From the NCBI GenBank assembly GCA_048128005.1, contig JBEUKZ010000023.1, positions 186,001-250,000 of the forward strand: 64,000 nucleotides of DNA, written 5' to 3'. The stretch comes from Veleropilina oligotropha (lineage: Eukaryota). The position numbers and the translations under genes are program-made. Each line of letters begins with the position of its first letter. Position 1 is the stretch's first letter. Under the pieces are notes generated by a model. That model was given only the letters and a program-made list of their open reading frames with translations, did not search any database and was not told the DNA's origin. Shown here one piece after another: positions 27,318 to 36,053 of this stretch.

Positions 27318-30275
27318 TCACTGATTAGACGACCTCGGCCTAACAATACAACGTTGAGCAGCCACACATTGTAGGGTGCTCAACCCGTCAGCCCCGGTTG
27401 AATAGTCCCGCAGATAATACTTAACGAAGACATTAGCTGTTTTCCAGTAAGCTGCTTGAAGCAACGCTGTAATATTTAAATTATGTCGGAAGGCAATGGA
27501 GGCAGCTATCGCACGGACTTCGTGCGTGCGCACGGATAAAATAGTGCGGTCTACTTCTTCACAGCGAGAGTACACATCTCTCACCACCTGTGAAATCCAC
27601 CGCGAAACAGTAGTCTTGGTAATGTCATGGGTGAAGGAAGGTAAATACGAAATGAATAAACGCAATTTTCCTTGTCTGAAATCACGGGTTCTGTCGAGGT
27701 AGAAACGCAGGGCCCGTACCGGGCAATTTAACCGGTCCATATCATGCCTTCCGACCAGCGTAAGCTTGGGAATAATAATATCAGGAGCGTCCTCGTTCGG
27801 CCGCTGGTTCTTGGCGAGGAAGCCCAGAACAGGACGCAGCATCACCGACCCGTCTGACTGGAATCTAATATCACGAAGCTCGGCGGATAAGCTATGAATC
27901 TCGGAACAACGCCTGCCCGACGCTAAGGCGATCAGAAAAACTGTTTTGTGCGTTAAGTTCTTCATAGAAATCGTGGACATCGGCTCGTACGGAGGTAAGA
28001 GTAATGCGTTAAGAATTAGAACAATATTCCAGGCAGGAGGCCGAATGGTTCGGGTCGGTATCTCGAGTTCGTAGGATCTAATAAAATCTGAAATCGTACG
28101 GTCGTTAGAGAGGCCAGCGTGGGCACGACACTGTTTTAACGTGGTCGCGATCGTTGCCCGATAGCCTTTGACGGCGGACACTGACATACCGCGGTCGAAG
28201 AGCGACGATAAAAACTCGATAAACTTGTTCACAGGGGGACGGAGTATATTGACCTGCCTGCTGTGACACCAATCCACGTACTTAACCCATCGGTAGTCAT
28301 AAACTTTTGTCGTGGAAAGCCTTCTCGATCGATAGATGCGTAGGGCTGTAGCTTTAGAAAATCCTTTCTTAGCAAGGGATCGTTCGATAACCGCCAGGCG
28401 TGTAAACGTAAGTCGTCCGGCGATTCGTGGAGTACACGGGTGCGTGGCTGCATTAACAGGTCTAGTTTCTGCGGTAACGCTAACGGTCGATCGACGATCA
28501 GATCGAGGAGGGTCGGAAACCAAGGTTGCGTGCGATATAGGGGAGCTATTAGCGTTATCTCGCAACGTTCGTTCGATGCCTTCTGTAATACCAGTGATAG
28601 AATGCACGACGGGGGGAAGGCATACGCGGACAGATTCTCCCATGTCATTGACAGTGCGTCGACCGCAAGGGCGTCCGGGTCTGGGTACGGGGAGACATAC
28701 AGAGGTAGTCGGTAATTGAATTCTGTTGCAAACAGATCGACTTGGGGTTGCGACCACCGGCGGCAAACATCCCGAGCTACTCGGCTGTGTAGCGTCCACT
28801 CTGTGTGTATTATCTGTGATTTCCGAGAGAGCGAATCCGCTCTGACATTCAGCCTTCCCGGGATGTGTCGGGCTCGAATCGTCGAGTTGAGGGACATCAC
28901 TAAGCGGTGTAGGTCTATTGCTCGGTCGCATAGGGGACGCGAGCGAGTACCGCCCTGGTGCTGAATGTAAGCGACGACAGTCGTGTTGTCCGTGGCGAGC
29001 ATTATGTGCTTGTTGCGGAGATGTGACGAGAGGGACCGTACTGACAGGTAGACTGCTTCTAACTCTAGGAAGTTGATGTGTCGTCCCTGAAGGTCCGTCG
29101 GCCATAGGCCGGAGGTCTCGTAACTGTCGAGGTGACCACCCCAGCCGTCGTTCGAAGCGTCTGTGAACAGGTAAGCGTTCGGCTCTGGCGGGGAGATAGG
29201 AACCGACTGGTCCGGCAAAGTAGGGTTCAACCACACTGCTGTTGTGTCGGTAAACCAATGCCGTAGATCGATGCGATCCGTCCACTGCCCCGTCCGTTGT
29301 ATCCAGCGATCCCTGAACGCCTGCTGCAACGGTCGTTTGTCCATGCGACCCGTCGGTAGCAGGGTCGCTACCGACTCGATGTGCCCTAGGACAGTGGCCA
29401 GTTGTCGCGCTGTAGTTACGTCCGATGACAGGGTGTCTTGGATAACCGCGCGTAGGTTCCGCATACGCTTCTGGGTCGGCTTCGCGGTGTACCGGACCGT
29501 ATCGAAGTCGACTCCGAGGAACGTAAACGTCGTCGAGGGTACGAAGCAGGATTTGGTCTCGTTGACCTGAAATCCCAGGCGCTCCGTCGATAACAGGGTA
29601 AAGCTCGTAGACTGGAGGCACAGATCCCGGGACGCCCCGAGGATCAGCCAGTCGTCGAGGTACATATGTACCCTGTGCCCTAGAGAGTGTAGGAAGGCCC
29701 CGAGGGCCTGTACTGTTCTCGTGAAGACGTAAGGGGCTGACGATAGACCGAACGGTAGGCACCTGAATTGGTAAATCGTCTCCCCGTGTATAAACCGAAG
29801 GTACTGATGAGCCGTGACATGCATCGGGACATGCAGATACGCGTCGGTTAGATCGATAGACGCTGCCCAGTCGCCCGGACGGATGGCCGCTCGAATCTTC
29901 GAGAGGGTTTCTTGCTGGAATTTCTCGGTACGAAGATATCGGTTGAGATATGAGAGATCGAGGATCGGTCTCCAGCGGCCATCGGGTTTCGGGACCAGGA
30001 ATAAATGGCTGTAAAATCCTGGTGTGCTGGGCGGCGCGGGATAGATCGCTCTTTTTAGGAGCAAATCCCGCACTGCCTGGTCTAAGACCGCTTGTTTCTC
30101 TCCGTTTAGGAGGCGAGCGTGTCTTGGTGGTGGTGCCTCGGTTACGGTCGGATGCCGGTTGAATGCCAACTTGTATCCGGCACTCACGACTAAGTGGACC
30201 CAGTTGCTGTCTGTCAGCTCTAGCCACGACTGGCTGTGCGCTGACAGGCACGCTCCCACCGGCGGAAGCGAGCAA
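27318..30275 (-). CDS. DIRS tyrosine recombinase ORF with a long N-terminal extension overlapping the RT ORF
   Basis: C-terminal YR motifs LASGRRCSEI (catalytic R), CPVRAL, THEVR (HxxR), YWKT (W), FVKYY (catalytic Y). The frame is open from 30302, the listed start is a TTG and the first ATG is at 29105. Confidence 0.93.
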   Translation of the reverse strand: MLASAGGSVPVSAQPVVARADRQQLGPLSRECRIQVGIQPASDRNRGTTTKTRSPPKRRETSGLRPGSAGFAPKKSDLSRAAQHTRILQPFIPGPETRWPLETDPRSLISQPISSYREIPARNPLEDSSGHPSGRLGSVYRSNRRVSACPDACHGSSVPSVYTRGDDLPIQVPTVRSIVSPLRLHENSTGPRGLPTLSRAQGTYVPRRLADPRGVPGSVPPVYELYPVIDGAPGISGQRDQILLRTLDDVYVPRSRLRYGPVHREADPEAYAEPTRGYPRHPVIGRNYSATTGHCPRAHRVGSDPATDGSHGQTTVAAGVQGSLDTTDGAVDGSHRSTALVYRHNSSVVEPYFAGPVGSYLPARAERLPVHRRFERRLGWSPRQLRDLRPMADGPSGTTHQLPRVRSSLPVSTVPLVTSPQQAHNARHGQHDCRRLHSAPGRYSLASPMRPSNRPTPLSDVPQLDDSSPTHPGKAECQSGFALSEITDNTHRVDATQPSSSGCLPPVVATPSRSVCNRIQLPTTSVCLPVPRPGRPCGRRTVNDMGESVRVCLPPVVHSITGITEGIERTLRDNANSSPISHATLVSDPPRSDRRSTVSVTAETRPVNAATHPCTPRIAGRLTFTRLAVIERSLAKKGFSKATALRIYRSRRLSTTKVYDYRWVKYVDWCHSRQVNILRPPVNKFIEFLSSLFDRGMSVSAVKGYRATIATTLKQCRAHAGLSNDRTISDFIRSYELEIPTRTIRPPAWNIVLILNALLLPPYEPMSTISMKNLTHKTVFLIALASGRRCSEIHSLSAELRDIRFQSDGSVMLRPVLGFLAKNQRPNEDAPDIIIPKLTLVGRHDMDRLNCPVRALRFYLDRTRDFRQGKLRLFISYLPSFTHDITKTTVSRWISQVVRDVYSRCEEVDRTILSVRTHEVRAIAASIAFRHNLNITALLQAAYWKTANVFVKYYLRDYSTGADGLSTLQCVAAQRCIVRPRSSNQ

Positions 30276-30511
30276 CCGGGACCGTCGCGAATGCCGGCAA
30301 CCCTAGGGCCGAGGCTTCCCTCTCCCGCTCTGCTTGCGGGATTTCGCTGGAGGTGCAGGTTTCTTCGGAGTGGGTTTAACGGCCGGAGGCCTACCACCCG
30401 AAGAGGGTTTCGCACGCTTAGAAGGCTTCGGGGCCGGGGTGGGCCCTGAGCGCTTCTTCGAGCCGGCAGGTGGACCCCGGGTGGGGTGCAGTACTGCCTT
30501 CTCGATGGCAC
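28229..30511 (-). CDS. DIRS reverse transcriptase / RNase H / Dam-like N6-adenine methyltransferase domain ORF
   Basis: RT motifs FLVPKPDGRWRPILDL, IDLTDAYLHV, LPFGLSSAP, YLDD (29651-29662). RNase H motifs FTDASNDGWG, INFLELEAV, TDNTTV, NVRADSLSR. MT-like motifs VDLFA and YAFPP. The listed start is a GTG; the true start is unresolved. Confidence 0.95.
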   Translation of the reverse strand: MPSRRQYCTPPGVHLPARRSAQGPPRPRSLLSVRNPLRVVGLRPLNPLRRNLHLQRNPASRAGEGSLGPRVAGIRDGPGCSLPPVGACLSAHSQSWLELTDSNWVHLVVSAGYKLAFNRHPTVTEAPPPRHARLLNGEKQAVLDQAVRDLLLKRAIYPAPPSTPGFYSHLFLVPKPDGRWRPILDLSYLNRYLRTEKFQQETLSKIRAAIRPGDWAASIDLTDAYLHVPMHVTAHQYLRFIHGETIYQFRCLPFGLSSAPYVFTRTVQALGAFLHSLGHRVHMYLDDWLILGASRDLCLQSTSFTLLSTERLGFQVNETKSCFVPSTTFTFLGVDFDTVRYTAKPTQKRMRNLRAVIQDTLSSDVTTARQLATVLGHIESVATLLPTGRMDKRPLQQAFRDRWIQRTGQWTDRIDLRHWFTDTTAVWLNPTLPDQSVPISPPEPNAYLFTDASNDGWGGHLDSYETSGLWPTDLQGRHINFLELEAVYLSVRSLSSHLRNKHIMLATDNTTVVAYIQHQGGTRSRPLCDRAIDLHRLVMSLNSTIRARHIPGRLNVRADSLSRKSQIIHTEWTLHSRVARDVCRRWSQPQVDLFATEFNYRLPLYVSPYPDPDALAVDALSMTWENLSAYAFPPSCILSLVLQKASNERCEITLIAPLYRTQPWFPTLLDLIVDRPLALPQKLDLLMQPRTRVLHESPDDLRLHAWRLSNDPLLRKDFLKLQPYASIDREGFPRQKFMTTDGLSTWIGVTAGRSIYSVPL

Positions 30512-32585
30512 GGTCCTTCATATCTGCCGCTCTCTTGTCGACAAACTCCGAAAAGTTGTCGCCAAAAAGAGTGGTAGCCGAGCAAGGCACGCATCGCAAC
30601 GAGCGCCGGGTGGCCTCGTCTAGCGAGGTGCCTTCCAGGCAAGCGTCCCTACGAAGTAGGAGCGCATTGCCCAGGACACGTCCCGTCTCCAACGCACTGG
30701 TCTCCTGTGCGGCAGCAACCTCCTGGAGGAAGGACAGGGCAGCCTCGTGGGCGCCGGGTCCATCCTCCTGTAGTTCGGCTATCGCACCGTCCAGGAAAAA
30801 ATCCTGTACGGACGACAGCCGTAGAGCCCGTCGGGCGGCGCTCTCGAAAGATTCCAAGGCGGACCAAGGAACCTTCGCCACGGAGGGAGTGTGACTGGCG
30901 GTCAGTCGACGCAACGAAGCGTCGACACGAGCCGGGTCAGTCGCTAGGCACGGACCAGTACAGGCGAACGGGATCGCTCGCGAACTGGCCCGGAGGTACC
31001 TCCCACTACGGAACCCCGAAGGGAACTCGTTCAGCGGGGAGGACTCCACCGGATTGCGCCCCTGAATGAGCTTGGTGATCGAGTCGACGACAAGATCAAC
31101 CAACCCAGACTGAGGTAAGGAGGGGAGCTCGGGGGCTTCCCTCGCAACAAACCGATGTGCTGCCGTCCTGTGTTTGACAATGTCTACGGCCGACCGAGTC
31201 GGTTCCGACAAGCCAAGCACCCCGCGAAGTGACGCAACGGCGTCGAGCCTTCGGCGGGTGGAGGAGGTCGGCTCCTGCGCGCCCGAAAGACTAGCGTCTT
31301 CGGGCCCGACCGATTCAGGGAGGTCGGAGTGACGTGAATCGAGGTCCTCGTCGGAACGAGGGTCGATCTCCATCACGGAGGCAGGAGCCGTGCTCTGCGC
31401 CATGGGCAGATGTGTAGGTACCAGGCGCGGCTGGGGAGCCGTCGGCCAGGCCTTACACTGTTCCTCGATACCCGCCGCAATCCATGCCTGGACGTTCTCC
31501 AAAGAGAAACCCGGAGGCAGGACGGACGGTGAACTAACAGCCGGTAGTTCAGCCGAGGAAACCGTGGCGCAAGGTAGACGGGCTGCACGGACAGGTGGGG
31601 CCGAGGACCAGGGTCCAAGGGCACTTGTCGAGGGGTCGAACCCGAAGGGCTGGCCCGAAGGCACAGTCGGTGGGCCGGACGACCGATAGAACTGCGGCAA
31701 CAGTTCAGATCGGTCTACCACTCTGCTCGGTCGAGGCACGGTCGGAAAACCGCCGTAGAACCCCGTCCCGAACGCAGCCGGTCTGTCCACGTTCTCTAGC
31801 GTGACCATCGTGGGTGCACGGGAAAGAACGGGCCCTCTGAATATCTCGTGAGCTTCGAGGTTGAGCGGAAAACCCCTAGGGGAAGTCGCGTCGGTCTCGA
31901 TCGAGGATCCAGGTGTCGCCGATTGTCCGGGTCTTAGACCTACAAGTAGGTGCCCGGCCTCTTTAAAGGCTTTCTCTGCAATGAGTCTGTCACCGTAGGA
32001 AGACGGTGAGTTTCCCGCAGAAGGACTAACTGTCCCCTTATTCTTCGAGGCCGAAGAAAAGGTAGGGGATTGTCTGCCCTGTTCAGCGGTTCGCTGCGCT
32101 GCCAGATATACCTTGCTAGCCGGCAAGGTATGGTTGGCTGCAGTTACTTGGCCCGTTAGAGGAGGAACGGTCGGCACTCGGGCCGGTACCTGAATCTGGG
32201 GTCCCGGCAGGGTTTCGGTGACTCCCCCAAGAGTCGCGGAGGTTTCGCCGGGTGCCGTTCCGGCGACAGCTGGCCCCTTAGGTCTGCTGGCGTCCATTAG
32301 CGTCCCTGAATCAGAGAAAGAAGAAACGTTATCCCTTACGGAACCCCTAAGGGAACTCGTTAACTTACTCGCCTCTTCCTGACCCTGGTCCGGGGGAGGA
32401 CCCGCCGTGGCAGTCGCCCTGGTCGACTTACCCTGGTGGGAGAGAACAGCCCACTGCTTATCTGATAAAAGAAGGCACAGATCACATTGAAGTTTTAAAC
32501 TACAAGTACGGTGAACACGGCATTCCTTGTGCTTATCAAATCCGTGTATTTTCTGGTTACACCCGGAGCTACTGCACCGGACCAT
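30303..32585 (-). CDS. DIRS ORF1, Gag-like protein (760 aa from the first ATG)
   Basis: Long ORF; the track starts at a GTG at 32597 and the first ATG is at 32585. N-terminal Cys/His cluster CSSSGC..DKHKECRVHRTCSLKLQCDLC, Pro/Ser-rich middle, C-terminal RRDACL..P..LFG block and basic tail as in DIRS Gag-like ORFs. First ORF of the element. Confidence 0.85.
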   Translation of the reverse strand: MVRCSSSGCNQKIHGFDKHKECRVHRTCSLKLQCDLCLLLSDKQWAVLSHQGKSTRATATAGPPPDQGQEEASKLTSSLRGSVRDNVSSFSDSGTLMDASRPKGPAVAGTAPGETSATLGGVTETLPGPQIQVPARVPTVPPLTGQVTAANHTLPASKVYLAAQRTAEQGRQSPTFSSASKNKGTVSPSAGNSPSSYGDRLIAEKAFKEAGHLLVGLRPGQSATPGSSIETDATSPRGFPLNLEAHEIFRGPVLSRAPTMVTLENVDRPAAFGTGFYGGFPTVPRPSRVVDRSELLPQFYRSSGPPTVPSGQPFGFDPSTSALGPWSSAPPVRAARLPCATVSSAELPAVSSPSVLPPGFSLENVQAWIAAGIEEQCKAWPTAPQPRLVPTHLPMAQSTAPASVMEIDPRSDEDLDSRHSDLPESVGPEDASLSGAQEPTSSTRRRLDAVASLRGVLGLSEPTRSAVDIVKHRTAAHRFVAREAPELPSLPQSGLVDLVVDSITKLIQGRNPVESSPLNEFPSGFRSGRYLRASSRAIPFACTGPCLATDPARVDASLRRLTASHTPSVAKVPWSALESFESAARRALRLSSVQDFFLDGAIAELQEDGPGAHEAALSFLQEVAAAQETSALETGRVLGNALLLRRDACLEGTSLDEATRRSLRCVPCSATTLFGDNFSEFVDKRAADMKDRAIEKAVLHPTRGPPAGSKKRSGPTPAPKPSKRAKPSSGGRPPAVKPTPKKPAPPAKSRKQSGRGKPRP

Positions 32586-33356
32586 AGCTGAATACACGGG
32601 AGGCAGGGAGTGGGTGTATGGGGTAGATAAATAGGTATATATAAGGTAGTGTGACTATGTTACTACGACAACTTCCTTTTAAATTGCCCTGATCTGAAGA
32701 TCAAAGATCAGCGATATACCGCCAAAAAACCCCGAACTGGGATCACCGAGGTCGGGTAATTACCCGACGCGACCCGGAAAAACCCGGCAAATGAACTAAA
32801 ACAAAAGGGGGTTTGCTCTTAGAACAGACCGCCCAGAAAAACACCTGAAAAACCTCGCGGATGTTTTTATGTTAGTACAATGGCGTATTATCCCAGAAAC
32901 GGCAGGATATCAGAATAACTTAAAGGAATATCAGAACAGTCCTGCCTATTAACGACGCTAGAAATTTTACACAAAAATAACCAGCAATAGCGTCGTTAAG
33001 GAATTATCCAATATAATGAGTTACCTGTTTGCAGTCTCAAACAATATCAGATAATAATACCGACCAGAAACTTCTTCTAATTACGAATTTTCCCCTCTAG
33101 GCGGCCATGCTTTTCCCTGCAACAGCGGCGATGTCGGTTTCAGGTGACTTTTAGAACTCGAATCTTCAAATCAGCTCGATCAACACTATTCACATGTGTT
33201 TATAATATCCACAACACAGGGTTATAATCCTTCACAACTTATTATAAAGTTGTTAAATTAATAGCCCTCGATCTTAACGCATGAGCGTCTGAAAAATCGA
33301 AGACAAAGTCGAAAGATTTGCGGAGCAAAAAAACACGTCTTTCCGTTTTCGCGGAA

Positions 33357-33559
33357 AACTTTGAATTGAGGTCTTGTGACTTCGATGCTTCGGAAGTCTC
33401 GCGAGACTTGGCGAGATCTCGCTGGGGGAACTTAGGAGAGCGGGAGCAGGGGAGGTGATCGTGGTACGTTTTGACTTATAAAGAGTGCATAATGTGACTT
33501 ATTCACTGTTTCCGGTTAGCGATAATATTACTATTATGGCAAGAGTAAGGACGTAAGTA
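33357..33559. repeat. DIRS inverted terminal repeat, right copy (element 5' end), 203 bp
   Basis: Exact reverse complement of 26131-26333. Contains a TATA-like TTTATAAG on the element strand near 33475-33482. Confidence 0.95.
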
Positions 33560-33898
33560 AGTTTGTAACTACATATACCTACACACAGTGACAGTTGACA
33601 TTAACTAGCACTTCCTATGGATGTTCCACCACTAAACTGTCATTCAATGCCAACTTTACCAGGAAGAATGCAACTACCATTGAGTGGGACACTAGGATGT
33701 GGGTTAGATTCCCACACAGCGAGACAGACGTAAAGTTTTCTAATGCTTAACCCTTCATGTACGGAGTTTATATTGACTCTGCGCAAACTTTTTTGGAACA
33801 CATATTTCCACTGTAAGCTAAGCTTATACGGGAGCCGCATACAGGGAAAGGGTATGGGCCCTGATACATACGGGAGCCGGTCACGAAAGATTAAAACT

Positions 33899-36053
33899 AA
33901 CAAGTGTTTGCCACTAACGTGGCAAGAGTCCCCCGCCAGTGATCAAGGGACTGCTATATCGCCCAATGCATGTATGGGAGCTGTTTATATATCCACAAAG
34001 GTATCTATCTATCCACCAAATATAAATGAAATCGGTTCATTCAGTCTTGAGATATTGCGTTATAAAACAACAATTGAATGAACAAAAGAGTAAACTGTAC
34101 CCTGTGACCTTGAAAATGAGGTCAAGGTCACCATAATCGACTGGTGTCGGCGATATGCCCAAAGATATAAATCCGCCAATATAATTGAAATCGGTGCATT
34201 CTGTCTTGAGATATCGCGAAGGAGTAAACTGTACCATGTGACCTTGAAAATGAGGTCAAGGTCACCATAATCGACTGGTGTCGGCGGCATCTCCAATGGT
34301 ATCTATCCACCATTTCATTCTGTCTTGAGATATGACATCATGTAACGTACTACAACTGAATTAGACAAACGGAAATGCGCATCCTCATACCTTGGAAACG
34401 TCGCGATTTATTATACAACACCTTATGTTTATTTGTATGCATATGGCCTTAAGCGCCTTCCGTTGACTGTTATGATTTGTAAATGTTTTTCTTGTGGCTC
34501 TTTGCCTGGCGATTTGTCCTGTCCGACGCCTTGCGAGAAGGGGGTTTTGAACCGTGTTGTTCCGTCGTGTGTCTGATGGGCATGTATAAGTGCTGACTGA
34601 GTGAAGCTGTATTTCTGTTACTTATCCGCCGGGGTACAGTTTACTCTTTTGCTCATTCAATCTGAAGACAGAATGAACTGATTTAATTTATATTTGGTAG
34701 ATAAATACATTTGGGGATATCGCTGGCACCAGTCAATTATGGCGACATTGACCTCGGTATCTGAAGACAGAAAATGAGGTCAAGGTCAACATAATCGACT
34801 GGTATCGGCGATATCCACAAATGTATCTATCTACCAAATATAAATGAAATCAGTTCATTCTGTCTTGAGATATCGCGCTAACAACAATTGAATGAGCAAA
34901 AGCGTAAACTGTACCCTGTGACCTTGAAAAAGAGGTGAAAGTCACCATAATCGACTGGTGTCGGCGGTATCCACAAAGGTATCTATCCACCAAATATAAA
35001 TGAAAACGGTTCATTCAGTCTTGAGATATTGCGCTAACAACAATTGAAGGAGCAAAAGAGTAAACTGTACCCTGTGACCTTGAAAATGAGGTCAAGGTCA
35101 CCATAATCGACTGGTGTCGGCGATCTATCCACCAAATATAAATGAAATCGGTACATGTACTCTTGAGATATCACGCTAACAACAACTGAATGAGCGAAAG
35201 AGTAAACTGTACCCTGTGACCTTGAAAATGAGGGCAAGGTCACCATAATCGACTGGTGTCGGCGGTATCCCCAAAGGTATCAATCCACCAAATATAATTG
35301 AAATCGGTTCATTCATTCTTGAGATATTGCGCTAACAACAAATGAATGAGCAAAAGAGTAAACTGTACCCCGTGACCTTGAAAATGAGGTGAAGGTCACC
35401 ATAATCGACTGGTGTCGGCGGACTCCCCAAAGGTAACTATCCACCAAATATAAATGAAAACGGTTCATTCAGTCTTGAGATATTGCGCTAACAACAAATG
35501 AATGAGCAAAAGAGTAAACTGTACCCCGTGACCTTGAAAATGAGGTGAAGGTCACCATAATCGACTGGTGTCGGCGGACTCCCCAAAGGTAACTATCCAC
35601 CCAATATAAATGAAATCGGTTCATTCAGTCTTGAGATATTGCGCTAACAAGGTCGTACGGACGGACGTACAACAACTGAATGAGCGAAAGAGTAAACTGT
35701 ACCCTGTGACCTTGAAAATGGGGGAAAGGTCACCATAATCGACTGGTGTCGGCGGTATCCCCAAAGGTATCAATCCACCAAATATAATTGAAATCGGTTC
35801 ATTCATTCTTGAGATATTGCGCTAACAACAAATGAATGAGCAAAAGAGTAAACTGTACCCCGTGACCTTGAAAATGAGGTGAAGGTCACCATAATCGACT
35901 GGTGTCGGCGGACTCCCCAAAGGTAACTATCCACCAAATATAAATGAAATCGGTTCATTCAGTCTTGAGATATTGCGCTAACAAGGTCGTACGGACGGAC
36001 GGACGGAGGCGAATACTAGAGTCCCCCGCTCTGCTAAAGCGGGGGACTAATAA
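33899..36053. mobile_element. HINE/pearl-like element with a 156-bp tandem array
   Basis: GTCACCATAATCGACTGGTGTCGGCG at 34127, 34261, 34941, 35097, 35239, 35395, 35551, 35729 and 35885. AGAGTCCCCCGC at both ends, (ACGG)n, and a perfect 11-bp terminal hairpin at 36020-36048. Confidence 0.85.

Larger units (their letters stand above)
26092..33576 (-). mobile_element. Full-length DIRS1-type tyrosine-recombinase retrotransposon
   Basis: Inverted terminal repeats at 26131-26333 and 33357-33559, ICR at 26392-26481 complementary to both outer ends, ATAT at both boundaries, and three uninterrupted ORFs (Gag-like, RT/RH/MT, YR). Visibly more GC- and CpG-rich than the flanks. Confidence 0.97.

Noticed and set aside
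30159..31804. Plus-strand ORFs inside the DIRS element (e.g. 30334-30894, 30707-31069)
   Set aside because: Antisense shadows of GC-rich coding sequence with no recognisable motifs.
26092..33576. Prophage, integron or bacterial contamination (RT + recombinase + methylase, GC-rich)
   Set aside because: The ITR/ICR layout and the RT and RNase H motifs are those of eukaryotic DIRS elements, and the junctions with host DNA are precise.
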